The notes beneath the pieces were generated by a model. That model saw nothing but the letters and a program-made list of their open reading frames with translations, had not been told where the DNA came from and did no database searches. Positions 35,712 through 45,365 of a DNA stretch of 64,000 bases are shown one piece after another; position 1 is the first letter of the stretch, and each line of letters begins with the position of its first letter. This DNA is from Planctomycetota bacterium (GTDB taxonomy: Bacteria; Planctomycetota; UBA1135; UBA2386): assembly GCA_965228735.1 (NCBI GenBank), contig OZ245838.1:6624001-6688000 (forward strand), given 5' to 3'. A program made the position numbers and the translations under genes.

Positions 35712-36707
35712 ATGAAGACTCGTATCCTCTCCGCTCTCCTCGCCTGCGCGCTGCCAATGGCCCTGTCCGCGCAGGACGCCACGGCCGACGCCGAGGCGAC
35801 GTTCTACAAGGCCTACTACCTCGAGCGGGGCGCGCGGGACTTCGCCGGCGCGATGAACCTCTACGAGAAGTTCCTGGCCGCAGCTCCCGACCACAAGCTC
35901 GCGAAGGTCGCGGCCAAGCAGCAGTTCGGGCTGCTGACGAAGACGGGCAAGACCAAGGAGCGCGACGCGTTCCGGACGAAGTTCGCGAGCCTGCTCGGCA
36001 ACAACGCGCGCCGTTCGGACCGGGCGGAGCGCGCCGCCGATGCCGCGGGTGACGCCGGCGGCGAAGGTCGCGGTCGTCGTGGCCAGGGCGGGGAACGCGG
36101 CCAGCGCGGCGGCGATCCGGCCGAGCGCCTCAAGGCCATGGAAGCGCGCCTCGCCGAGGCCAAGGAGTCCGGCGACGAAGAGCAGGTCGCGCGCCTCGAG
36201 CGCATGCTCGAGCGCATGAAGCAGATGGGCGAAGGCGGCGAAGGTCGCGGTCGCCAGGGCCAAGGTGGTCGTCGCGGCGGCCGGGGCGGCATCTTCAGCG
36301 GCAAGCCGCTCGCCGAGATGAGTGACGAGGAGATGGAGCAGTTCAAGTCGGGCCTCACGCGCATGGCCGGCATGATCGACCGCATGCGTGACCGCATGGG
36401 CGAGGAGCGCGCCAAGGCGTTCGAGGACGGCATGGGCAAGATCCAGAAGGCACTCGACAGCGGCAAGACCGAAGAGGCCCAGAAGGCCGTCGACGCGCTG
36501 CGCGAGTCGTTCGGTCGCGGTCGCCGCGGCGGTGGCGGCGGCGAAGGTGAAGGTGACGCCGGCAACGGTCGTCGTCGTGGCGGCGGCGGTGGCGAGGAGC
36601 CGGCCGGTGGTCGGCGTCGCGGCGGTGGCGGCGGCGAAGGCGAGAACGGCGCCGGTGGCGCGCGCGGTGGCAACGGCCGGCGCGGCGGTGGCGGCGGCGG
36701 CCGCTGA
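35712..36707 (+). CDS. Secreted hypothetical protein, TPR-like N-terminus and Gly/Arg-rich low-complexity regions
   Basis: MKTRILSALLACALPMALSA signal; RGG/GRRRGGGGG repeats. Confidence 0.75.
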   Translation: MKTRILSALLACALPMALSAQDATADAEATFYKAYYLERGARDFAGAMNLYEKFLAAAPDHKLAKVAAKQQFGLLTKTGKTKERDAFRTKFASLLGNNARRSDRAERAADAAGDAGGEGRGRRGQGGERGQRGGDPAERLKAMEARLAEAKESGDEEQVARLERMLERMKQMGEGGEGRGRQGQGGRRGGRGGIFSGKPLAEMSDEEMEQFKSGLTRMAGMIDRMRDRMGEERAKAFEDGMGKIQKALDSGKTEEAQKAVDALRESFGRGRRGGGGGEGEGDAGNGRRRGGGGGEEPAGGRRRGGGGGEGENGAGGARGGNGRRGGGGGGR

Positions 36708-36791
36708 GTCGAGCGGCACTCCCTCCCATTCCCTCGGCGGGCCGACCGGAGTAGTCTCCGGTCGGCCCGTTCGCGTTCGCCGACCCCCGTC

Positions 36792-38429
36792 ATGCCTGCC
36801 GCCGTCGATCCGGTCCGACTCGAGGTCTTTCATCACCTGACGAGCGCGTTCTGCGAAGAGGCGGGCGCCCGGCTGCAGCGCTCCGCGGCGAGCCCCAACA
36901 TCCGCGAACGGCGTGACTTCTCGGTCGCGGTGTTCGACGCCCGGCAGCGCCTGGTCGCGCAGGCGGCGCACATCCCGGTGCACCTCGGCAGCGCCGGCGA
37001 CTCGGTCCGCGCGGCCTGCGCGGCGATCGACTTCGAACCCGGCGACGTCGCGATCCTCAACGATCCGTACGCGGGGGGCACGCACCTGCCCGACATCACG
37101 ATGGTGCGACCGGTGTTCGACCCGACGCGGCCGCGAACGTCGGGATCTGGTAAGTCGGGATCTGGCAAGTCGGGATCTGGCAAGTCGGGATCTGCCAAAC
37201 CGCGGGTGCTGTGGTATCTCGTCAACCGCGCGCATCACGCCGACGTCGGCGGCAGCACGCCCGGGTCGATGGGCATCGCGGTCGACCTGATCGCCGAGGG
37301 CCTCGTCCTGCCGCCCGTTCTGCTGCGGCGGCGCGGCGAGTTGCAGCAGGACCTGCTCGCGGTGTTCCAGAAGAACGTGCGCGGGCCGGCCGAGCGTGTG
37401 CTCGACCTGCGGGCGCAGGAGGCCAGCCTCGCGCAGCTCGAGGCGCGGCTCGCGGCGCACGCCGCCGAGGTCTCGATCGGGACGATGCAGCGGCTCACGG
37501 ATGCGTTGCTCGACTACAGCGAACGGGCCGGACGCGCGGTCGTGCGACGCATCGGGTCGGGTCCGTTCCGAAGCCACGACGTGCTCGAGGACGACGGACT
37601 CGGTTCGGGGCCGCTGCGGCTCGAACTCAGCCTGACGCGGCGCGGCGGGCGGCTCGTGTTCGACTGGCGCAACTGCTGCGCGGCGGCGCGCGGCGGCGTG
37701 AACTGCAACCGCGGCATCGTGACCGCGGCGTGCGTCTACGCGCTGCGGGCGCTCTGCCCGGACCGGTTGCCGACCAACGACGGGCTGTTCCGGCTCGTCG
37801 AGGTCGTGACCGAGCGCGGCACGCTCGTCGACCCCGAACCGCCGGCGCCGGTCGCGGGCGGCAACGTCGAGACCAGTCAGCGGCTCGTCGACATCGCGCT
37901 CGCAGCGCTGCGCCAGGCGCTGCCCGACGCGGTGCCCGCGGCCTCGGCCGGCACGATGTCGAACCTCACGTTCGGCGGCGGCGACGGCCGGGGCGGCCAG
38001 TTCTCGAGCTACGAGACGCTGCCGGGTGGCGCGGGGGCGGGGGCGACCGGCGCGGGGCAGGCCGCGATCCAGACGCACATGACCAACACCCGCAACACGC
38101 CGGTCGAGGAGTTCGAGCACCGTTACCCGCTGCGGATCCGCGAGCTGTCGGTGCGGCGCGGCAGCGGCGGGCGCGGCCGGCACCGCGGCGGCGACGGGCT
38201 GCGCAAGGTCGTCGAGGCCACGGTGCCGGTGGCCGTCTCGTTCCTGGGCGAACGCCACGAGCGCGGGCCGGCGGGTGCGCGGGGCGGCGGCGCGGGCAAG
38301 CCGGCTCGGATCCTGCACGAGCGCGCGGGGCGGCGCCGGCGCCTGCCGGGCAAGGTCACGTTCGAACTGGCGCCGGGGGAGCGCGTCGTCGTCGAGACGC
38401 CGGGAGGTGGTGGTCATGGGCGGGCGTAG
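36792..38429 (+). CDS. Hydantoinase B/5-oxoprolinase family protein
   Basis: SPNIRERRDFS, HIPVHLG, NDPYAGGTHLPD, HHADVGG, HMTNTRNTPVE, TPGGGG. Confidence 0.92.
   Translation: MPAAVDPVRLEVFHHLTSAFCEEAGARLQRSAASPNIRERRDFSVAVFDARQRLVAQAAHIPVHLGSAGDSVRAACAAIDFEPGDVAILNDPYAGGTHLPDITMVRPVFDPTRPRTSGSGKSGSGKSGSGKSGSAKPRVLWYLVNRAHHADVGGSTPGSMGIAVDLIAEGLVLPPVLLRRRGELQQDLLAVFQKNVRGPAERVLDLRAQEASLAQLEARLAAHAAEVSIGTMQRLTDALLDYSERAGRAVVRRIGSGPFRSHDVLEDDGLGSGPLRLELSLTRRGGRLVFDWRNCCAAARGGVNCNRGIVTAACVYALRALCPDRLPTNDGLFRLVEVVTERGTLVDPEPPAPVAGGNVETSQRLVDIALAALRQALPDAVPAASAGTMSNLTFGGGDGRGGQFSSYETLPGGAGAGATGAGQAAIQTHMTNTRNTPVEEFEHRYPLRIRELSVRRGSGGRGRHRGGDGLRKVVEATVPVAVSFLGERHERGPAGARGGGAGKPARILHERAGRRRRLPGKVTFELAPGERVVVETPGGGGHGRA
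37139..37198 (+). repeat. In-frame 15-bp tandem repeat x4
   Basis: gtcgggatctggcaa consensus x4 encoding (SGSGK)n. Confidence 0.95.
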
Positions 38430-38850
38430 TCGATCGTTGTCGGCGCGGCTCCTCGTCGCGGCCGGCTGCGCGGTGGTCGTCGGCTGCATGGTGCTGGCGG
38501 GCTGCGCGGTGCACCCGTACTCGGCGTGCCCGGTCGAGTTGCCCGCCGGTCGGGCGCTGCCGCCCGATGCGTTCGCGCGCTGCCGCGACGTGCTGCTGAG
38601 CAGCTACGGCGGGCTCACGATGCTCGACGAGGGCGAGTTCCTGCTCACGACCGACTGGACCGTGGTCACCGAGCCGCCCGGTCAGCGCCGCGCCTCGATC
38701 TTCCGCGACCGGGACGGCCTCGCGGTGATGGTCGAAGCCCGCTTCCTCGTGGAACCCCCGATCGGTCTGCCCTACTGGAGCAGCGTGCGCGGGGACCACG
38801 CCGCCGAACGCGAGCTCGCGGACCGCCTGATCGTCGCCCTCGCACCGTGA
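38416..38850 (+). CDS. Putative lipoprotein
   Basis: Basic N-terminus, hydrophobic stretch, lipobox LAGC. Confidence 0.65.
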   Translation: MGGRSRSLSARLLVAAGCAVVVGCMVLAGCAVHPYSACPVELPAGRALPPDAFARCRDVLLSSYGGLTMLDEGEFLLTTDWTVVTEPPGQRRASIFRDRDGLAVMVEARFLVEPPIGLPYWSSVRGDHAAERELADRLIVALAP

Positions 38851-39980
38851 AACGCGCCCTTGCGGGCTCGTTGCAATGCGCGATGGAGCCGGCCCGCGCT
38901 CGGTCGTCTGGCCTGGGCGCGTTGCAGCAGGAACAACGCGGCGTCCGTTCGGCCGTTGGCTTCGAGCAGGCGCGCGCGGGCCAGCGCGATGCGGTCGCGC
39001 GGCGCGTTCGGAAGTCGCTGCGCGTGCCGCAGTGCGAGCAGCGCGCCGCCGCGATCGAACCGACACAGCCGCGCCTCGAACAGCCACAGCCAGGCCGGCG
39101 CATGATCGGGCCACAGCGTCGTGGCCTGTTCGAGCGCGGTGGCCGCGGGTTCGGCCGGCGGCGGGCTCGTGCGGTTCCAAGTGGCGCGCACGTGACGCAC
39201 GGCGGCCGGCATGCGGTGACGCGGGTAGCGAGCGCAGAGGCGGCGAACGCGACCGAGCCGCGCGCTCGGGTCCGGTCGCCCGCGCGTTCCGGCGCTCGGT
39301 GGCAGGAGCACGAGCTCGTGCCGGCAGCGGAGCAGGTCGGCGCCGAGGCCGACGAGCGCCTCGGCGAGTCGCCGTTGCCAGAAGATCCGGTTCTGCTCGT
39401 CGTTGCCGAGGCGTCGCGCGATGGCATCGAGGCGGCGTTGGACCGCGGCGATCGTCGAGCCGGCGCGGTCGGCGGTCGCCCGCAGGTTGCAGCGCCCGTT
39501 CTTGAGCCAGACGAACTCCGTCGCGACGTCGAGTTCCGCGACACGGGTGGCGCGGTGCTTCTGAGCGGTCGTCGCGGCGGGCGGCTCGGCGGCCAGATCG
39601 TCGGGCTCGACCGACCGGTCGCACTGCACCCCGCGGACCCGCTGCCGGTAGATCCAGCGCTCGGCGAGCCGGATCCAATGCTGGTGGCGATCGATCGGCT
39701 CGCGCCCGAGCACCCGCTCGGGCGCTTCGAGGCAATCGATGCACAGCTCCTGCACCACGTCGGCGAGGAGCTCGGGGTGCTCGGCCCGGGGTAGTTGTTT
39801 CCAGCGGGCGATGCGCCGCACGATCGCGGGGAGGACCCGGTCGGCGAACGCGAACAGCAGCGCGAGCGCCCGCTCGCGCTGGCCGGCCGCGGGGTGATCG
39901 CCGACCGGCGTGGTGGGATCCGCGGGTGCTGCGGGCGTAGCCGGCTGGCGGCCGATCACGGGTCTCCGGTCGTCGGGCAT
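38772..39980 (-). CDS. Hypothetical protein, divergent sigma-70/ECF-like N-terminus plus TPR-like C-terminus
   Basis: LLADVVQELCI and NLRATADRAGSTIAAVQRRL resemble sigma regions 2 and 4; ALEQATTLWPDHAPAW TPR-like; 3' end overlaps the lipoprotein gene. Confidence 0.5.
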   Translation of the reverse strand: MPDDRRPVIGRQPATPAAPADPTTPVGDHPAAGQRERALALLFAFADRVLPAIVRRIARWKQLPRAEHPELLADVVQELCIDCLEAPERVLGREPIDRHQHWIRLAERWIYRQRVRGVQCDRSVEPDDLAAEPPAATTAQKHRATRVAELDVATEFVWLKNGRCNLRATADRAGSTIAAVQRRLDAIARRLGNDEQNRIFWQRRLAEALVGLGADLLRCRHELVLLPPSAGTRGRPDPSARLGRVRRLCARYPRHRMPAAVRHVRATWNRTSPPPAEPAATALEQATTLWPDHAPAWLWLFEARLCRFDRGGALLALRHAQRLPNAPRDRIALARARLLEANGRTDAALFLLQRAQARRPSAGRLHRALQRARKGAFHGARATIRRSASSRSAAWSPRTLLQ

Positions 39981-40120
39981 CGGGCTCGTTCCTCCACGTT
40001 CTCCGTGCGCAACGAGGGGGAATACGGGCCCGATTCTGCTCTGCCATATCCTCACCAACGACTGAGGCGATGGCCCGGCCACGGTGCTATGCTGCCGGCC
40101 TTTTTCCGCAGCCGAACCGC

Positions 40121-41389
40121 ATGCCCACTACCTGTGTCGTTGGCATCCTCTGGGGCGACGAAGGCAAAGGCAAGGTCATCGACTACCTCGCCGCTGACGC
40201 CGATTTCGTCGTTCGTTACGGAGGAGGACACAACGCCGGCCACACGCTCGTCCTGCCCTCGGGCAAGGTCGTGCTCCACCTCGTGCCGTCGGGCGTCGTG
40301 CGCGAGCACACCGTCAACGTGATCGGCAACGGCGTCGTCGTCGACCCGATCCACCTCTGCAGCGAGATCGAACGGCTGCGCACCCGCGGCCTCGAGCTCG
40401 AACTCGGGCAGAACCTGCTCGTCAGCGAGCGCGCCCACGTGATCCTCGACGCGCACCGCCAGCAGGAGCAGTGGGCGGAGGCGCAGCGCGGCGACACCAA
40501 GATCGGCACGACCGGGCGCGGCATCGGCCCGGCCTACAGCGACCGCACCAACCGCGTCGGGCTGCGGCTCGGCGACCTCGTGCGGCCCGAGCGGCTGCGC
40601 GCGGCGCTCACGGCGTTCGGCCAGCACAAGAACGCGTGGTTCCAAGCCGTCGGGCTCGAGCGCTTCGACGTCGAGCGGACCTACGACCAGCTCGCCGCCG
40701 CGGCCGAGACGTTGGCGCCGGCGATCCGCGACACGGGTGCGATCCTGCGCGACGCCCAGAAGGCCGGGAAGCGCATCCTGCTCGAGGGCGCGCAGGGTTG
40801 TCTGCTCGACGTCGAGCACGGCAGCTACCCGTTCGTCACGAGTTCGCACGCTAGCACGGGCGGCGCGTTCAGCGGCACGGGGCTGCCGCCGCACTCGATC
40901 GAGGTCGTCGGCATCGCCAAGGCCTACGCGACGCGCGTCGGCGAAGGCCCGTTTCCTACCGAGATCGACGGCGACGTCGCCGATCGCCTGCGCGAGGCCG
41001 GCAACGAGTTCGGTTCGACGACCGGGCGGCCGCGGCGCTGCGGCTGGTTCGACAGCGTCGCCGTGCGCTATTCGGGTGACGTCGCGGGCGTCGACCGGCT
41101 CGTCCTCACCAACCTCGACGTGCTGCGCGGCTTTCCGCTGCGCATCGCGACGAGCTACGCGCTGCCGGGCGGCGAGCGCGTGACGGCCATGCCCGCGTTC
41201 GACCTCGAACGAGTCGAACCCGACTACGTCGAGCTGCCGGGCTTCGACGAGGACATCACGGGTGTGCGCGCGTGGGACGACCTGCCGAGCAACGCGCGGG
41301 CCTACGTCGAAGCGATCGAGCAGCACACCGGCCTGCCGGTCGGGACGATCTCGGTCGGACCGGGCCGCGAGCAGGTCATCGTCCGGTGA
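40121..41389 (+). CDS. purA: Adenylosuccinate synthetase
   Basis: WGDEGKGK, GGHNAGHT, KIGTTGRGIGPAY, EFGSTTGRPRRCGWFD. Confidence 0.97.
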   Translation: MPTTCVVGILWGDEGKGKVIDYLAADADFVVRYGGGHNAGHTLVLPSGKVVLHLVPSGVVREHTVNVIGNGVVVDPIHLCSEIERLRTRGLELELGQNLLVSERAHVILDAHRQQEQWAEAQRGDTKIGTTGRGIGPAYSDRTNRVGLRLGDLVRPERLRAALTAFGQHKNAWFQAVGLERFDVERTYDQLAAAAETLAPAIRDTGAILRDAQKAGKRILLEGAQGCLLDVEHGSYPFVTSSHASTGGAFSGTGLPPHSIEVVGIAKAYATRVGEGPFPTEIDGDVADRLREAGNEFGSTTGRPRRCGWFDSVAVRYSGDVAGVDRLVLTNLDVLRGFPLRIATSYALPGGERVTAMPAFDLERVEPDYVELPGFDEDITGVRAWDDLPSNARAYVEAIEQHTGLPVGTISVGPGREQVIVR

Positions 41390-42114
41390 GTTCGCCCGCG
41401 GGCGAAGGCGATCTCGTCGTCCCGCGCAGCGTCGCGGTGATCATGGACGGCAACGGCCGCTGGGCGAAGCGCGCGGGTCTCGAACGCATCCGCGGACACG
41501 AGCGCGGCGTCACGGCCGTTCGCACGACGGTCACCGAATGCGCGCGGCTCGGCGTCGAGGCGCTCGTGCTCTATGCGTTCTCCGAGGAGAACTGGGAGCG
41601 GCCGCAGCGCGAGATCAAGCTGCTGTTCGGGCTGCTCAAGCGTTTCCTCGTCGACGAACGGTCGACGCTCATGGACAACGACGTGCGGCTGCTCCACAGC
41701 GGGCGGCGCGCGCGGTTGCCGGCCGACGTGCTCGACCTGCTCGACGAGACGGTCGAGCTCACGAAGAGCAATAACGGTCTGCACCTCGGGCTCGCGATCT
41801 CGTACGGCGGCCGCCAGGAGCTCGCGGACGCGGCGCGCGCGCTCGCGGAGGACGTCGCGGCCGGCAAGGTCGCACCGGGTGACGTCGACGAAGCGGCGCT
41901 GAGCCAACGCCTCTACCTGCCGCAGCTGCCGGATCCGGATCTGCTGATCCGCACGGCGGGTGAGTTGCGCGTCAGCAACTTCCTGCTGTGGCAGATCAGC
42001 TACTCCGAGATCTTCGTCAGCGACGTGTGCTGGCCGGAGTTCGGGAAGGACGAACTACACGCGGCGTTCCGCGAGTTCGGCCGCCGCACGCGGCGCTTCG
42101 GTAAGGTGTTCTGA
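41386..42114 (+). CDS. uppS: Polyprenyl (undecaprenyl) diphosphate synthase
   Basis: IMDGNGRWA, YAFSEENWERP, DLLIRTAGELRVSNFLLWQ. Confidence 0.96.
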   Translation: MSSPAGEGDLVVPRSVAVIMDGNGRWAKRAGLERIRGHERGVTAVRTTVTECARLGVEALVLYAFSEENWERPQREIKLLFGLLKRFLVDERSTLMDNDVRLLHSGRRARLPADVLDLLDETVELTKSNNGLHLGLAISYGGRQELADAARALAEDVAAGKVAPGDVDEAALSQRLYLPQLPDPDLLIRTAGELRVSNFLLWQISYSEIFVSDVCWPEFGKDELHAAFREFGRRTRRFGKVF

Positions 42115-42117
42115 GGA

Positions 42118-42969
42118 ATGGCGGGGGACCTCAAGACGCGCGCCGTCCTGGCGCCGACGATGCTGCTCCTCATCGGCCTGCTGTATTGGGCCGACTACAC
42201 CGAGCAGCTCGGGTTGCGGCAGGGTTCGCTCTGCGCCGGCGTCCTCGGGTTGTTCGGAATCGGCGGGGTCTACGAGTTCATCGCGTTGATGCGCGGCGGC
42301 GGCTTCTCGGTGTCGCGACGCACGCTGCCGCTGATGACCGCGCTGCTGCTCGTGTCGCCGTTCTTCTTCGCGTGGGGCAGCGTCGATCGCGAGCTCTATC
42401 CGCTGGTCGCCGCGACGCTGCTCGTGCTGTTTCCGATGGCGATGCAGTCGCTCGGGCGCGCGGACATGCGCGTCGGGCTCGAGAAGCAGGGCGCGACGCT
42501 GCTCGGCTTCATCTGGATCGCGTGGCCCATGTACCTCGCGATGGGCACGTGCTTCCGCCACCTGCCGTCCGTGCTCTACGTCGTCCTCGTCTGCAAGGGC
42601 GGCGACATCGGGGCCTACTGCTTCGGCCGGTTGTTCGGGCGGCACAAGCTCATTCCGCACATCAGTCCCGGCAAGACGATCGAGGGCGGTGTCGGCAGCC
42701 TCGTCGTGTCGGTCCTGCTCGCGGTTTATCTGCGCGATCCGCTGCTCGAACCCGAGGTCCAGCTGCCGCTCTGGCTCGCGATCGCCGTCGGCATCGCGCT
42801 CAACATCACGACCCAGGCGGGCGACCTCGTCGAGTCGCTGCTGAAGCGGCGGTGCGACGCGAAGGACAGCTCGACCTTGCTGCCGGCGCACGGCGGAATT
42901 CTCGACCTCGTCGATTCGCTCGTGTTCTCGTTCTCGGTCTGGTTCCTCGTGCTCGTGTGGCTGACCTGA
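42118..42969 (+). CDS. cdsA: Phosphatidate cytidylyltransferase
   Basis: DIGAY, ISPGKTIEG, GDLVESLLKR...KDS...HGGILDLVDS. Confidence 0.95.
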   Translation: MAGDLKTRAVLAPTMLLLIGLLYWADYTEQLGLRQGSLCAGVLGLFGIGGVYEFIALMRGGGFSVSRRTLPLMTALLLVSPFFFAWGSVDRELYPLVAATLLVLFPMAMQSLGRADMRVGLEKQGATLLGFIWIAWPMYLAMGTCFRHLPSVLYVVLVCKGGDIGAYCFGRLFGRHKLIPHISPGKTIEGGVGSLVVSVLLAVYLRDPLLEPEVQLPLWLAIAVGIALNITTQAGDLVESLLKRRCDAKDSSTLLPAHGGILDLVDSLVFSFSVWFLVLVWLT

Positions 42970-42986
42970 GCGTATCCTCGCGCGCG

Positions 42987-43952
42987 ATGACCGATGCCGA
43001 TGTCCAGATCCCGCTGCAGTCCGTCGACGAGGCGCGCACGCTCCTCGGTCCGCTCGACAGCAACGCGCGCCTGATCCGCGAGCTGCACGGCGTCAGCGTG
43101 CTCGCGCGGGACGGCAGCCTGCGCCTGCTCGGCGAGACGGACAAGGTGACGCTCGTGCAGCAGGTGCTCGAGGAGTGCCTGCTGACGATCCGCAGCGGTC
43201 GCAAGCTCACGACCCAGGACGTCGGTTCGCGGTTGCGCGGCGGCAGCGCGGTCGAGGTGGGCGACGCGGACCTCGGAGGGGACGACGGAGCCGGTCGGGC
43301 GCCCGGCGGGGGCCACATGGGCGTGAAGGCGCGCACCGAGGGCCAGAAGCGCTACCTCGATGCGATCGGCGAGCACGAGGTCGTGTTCGGCGTCGGGCCC
43401 GCGGGCACCGGCAAGACCTATCTGGCGGTGGCCAAGGCCGTGCAGGCGCTCAAGCGCGGCGACGTTCGGCGCCTCGTGCTCGTACGGCCGGCGGTCGAGG
43501 CCGGCGAGAAGCTGGGGTTCCTGCCGGGTGACTTCCAGGCCAAGATCGATCCCTACCTGCGGCCGATGTACGACGCCTTGCAGGACCTGCTCGACGCCAG
43601 GACGCGGGAGCGCTGGCTCGAGAGCGACGTCGTCGAGGTCTGCCCGCTGGCCTACATGCGCGGCCGCACGCTCAACCGCGCGTTCGTGATCCTCGACGAG
43701 GCGCAGAACACGACGGTGCCCCAGATGCTGATGTTCCTCACGCGCCTGGGCGAGGGTTCGCGCATGGTCGTCACCGGTGATCCGTCGCAGAAGGACCTGC
43801 CACCCAACGTCAAGTCCGGGCTGTCGGACGCGGTGTCGCGCCTGCGGCAGGTCGACGGCATCGGCGTCGTCGAGCTGCACTCGAGCGACGTGGTCCGGCA
43901 CGCGGTCGTGAGCCGCATCGTCGACGCATACGGCGAAGGGCCGCGCGGATGA
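42987..43952 (+). CDS. phoH: PhoH family ATPase
   Basis: [39 protein letters not shown]. Confidence 0.95.
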   Translation: MTDADVQIPLQSVDEARTLLGPLDSNARLIRELHGVSVLARDGSLRLLGETDKVTLVQQVLEECLLTIRSGRKLTTQDVGSRLRGGSAVEVGDADLGGDDGAGRAPGGGHMGVKARTEGQKRYLDAIGEHEVVFGVGPAGTGKTYLAVAKAVQALKRGDVRRLVLVRPAVEAGEKLGFLPGDFQAKIDPYLRPMYDALQDLLDARTRERWLESDVVEVCPLAYMRGRTLNRAFVILDEAQNTTVPQMLMFLTRLGEGSRMVVTGDPSQKDLPPNVKSGLSDAVSRLRQVDGIGVVELHSSDVVRHAVVSRIVDAYGEGPRG

Positions 43953-44398
43953 GCGCGCGCCGGCCGCCGCTCGCGCTCGAGGTCCTCGATCACGGCCGGC
44001 CGCGCACGGCACGCGCGTTCCTCGAGAAGGTGGTGCGCGCGGCCTTGCAGCACGGCGGCCGCGAGGGTCTGCCCGTCTCGATCCTGCTCACCGACGACGA
44101 AGAGATCGCGCGCGTGCACGCTGACCACCTCGACGATCCGACCGCGACCGACGTGATCTCGTTCGACCTCGATGACTCCGCGGAGCTCGTCGTCAGCGTC
44201 GAGACCGCGCGTCGCACCGCGAAGGAGCTCGGTCACACGGTGCGTGCCGAAGTCGCGCTCTACGTCGTGCACGGGTTGTTGCACGTGTGCGGCTACGACG
44301 ATCACGCGCCGAAGGATCGCGCGCGCATGCGTGACGCCGAGCGCGCGGTGATGCGTCGACTGCGACTGCAGGTGTCGGAAGTCGATGGTGAGAACTGA
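43949..44398 (+). CDS. ybeY: rRNA maturation endoribonuclease YbeY
   Basis: TDVISF and HGLLHVCGYDDH. Confidence 0.93.
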   Translation: MSARRPPLALEVLDHGRPRTARAFLEKVVRAALQHGGREGLPVSILLTDDEEIARVHADHLDDPTATDVISFDLDDSAELVVSVETARRTAKELGHTVRAEVALYVVHGLLHVCGYDDHAPKDRARMRDAERAVMRRLRLQVSEVDGEN

Positions 44399-44510
44399 CT
44401 ACACCGTTGCACACTCCTAACAACTCGTGCTACCTTTCCGGCGCATGCGACCCGCGGACGAGCGTGTTCTTCGTTCGCCGCGGCGAGAACAGAGCCACGG
44501 GGTGGTGCCT

Positions 44511-45347
44511 ATGGTCAGCAACACAACGGTCACCGCGAAGCGCAAGCGCGGCCAACAGCAAGCGACGAGTCGCGAGGCGAACGTCGGTGACGCGACGGTT
44601 GGGAATACTGCGAAGGCGGATCGCGACAGCACGGAGGAGCTGCTGAAGCGCTACCAGCGGCGCCAGACCCAGGCGCTGCGTGACCGCCTCGTGGAGCGGC
44701 ACCGGCCGATCGTCGAGTCGATGGCCCGCACGCTGGCCTCGCGGTTGCCGCCGACGGTCGATGCGCGTGATCTCGAGCACGCGGGCATGTGGGGCATGAT
44801 GCAGGCGTTCTCGACCTACGAGGCCGAGCGCTGCGATCGATTCACGGCGTTCATGCGCATTCGCGTGCGCGGCGCGATGCTCGACGAGCTGCGGAACATG
44901 GATTTCCTGCCCCGGCTGATCCGGCGCCGGCTGCGCCAGCACAACGACGCGGTGGCCCGGCTGCGGATGCAGCTCGAGCGCGAGCCGACCAACGACGAGG
45001 TGGCGGTCGAACTCGGGATCTCCTCGGCTGCACTCGTGCGCTGGCAGGAGCATTCTCAGGTGCGCGCCGCGCCAGCGCTCGACGAGGACTCGCAGATCGT
45101 CGATCAGCTCGTCGACGAGGGCAACGAGTCGCCGATCGAGCCGATCGCCCGGCGCGAGCTGCTCGAGGCCGTGCGCGCGGCGCTGCAGCCGATCGAGTGG
45201 AAGGTGTTGCGCCTGCTCTACCTCGAAGGGCTGACCGGCAAGCAGGTCGCGCGCAAGCTGCGGCTGTCCGCGTCGCGCATCTGCCAGATCCACGGCCGGG
45301 TGCTCGACCGCCTCAAGGTCGAGCTCGCGACGCTCGTCGCGGGCTGA
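44511..45347 (+). CDS. fliA: FliA/WhiG family sigma factor
   Basis: RVRGAMLDELRNMDFLPR, LSASRICQIH; start uncertain (in-frame upstream ATGs). Confidence 0.85.
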   Translation: MVSNTTVTAKRKRGQQQATSREANVGDATVGNTAKADRDSTEELLKRYQRRQTQALRDRLVERHRPIVESMARTLASRLPPTVDARDLEHAGMWGMMQAFSTYEAERCDRFTAFMRIRVRGAMLDELRNMDFLPRLIRRRLRQHNDAVARLRMQLEREPTNDEVAVELGISSAALVRWQEHSQVRAAPALDEDSQIVDQLVDEGNESPIEPIARRELLEAVRAALQPIEWKVLRLLYLEGLTGKQVARKLRLSASRICQIHGRVLDRLKVELATLVAG

Positions 45348-45365
45348 GTTCGAGACGGCTTGCCG

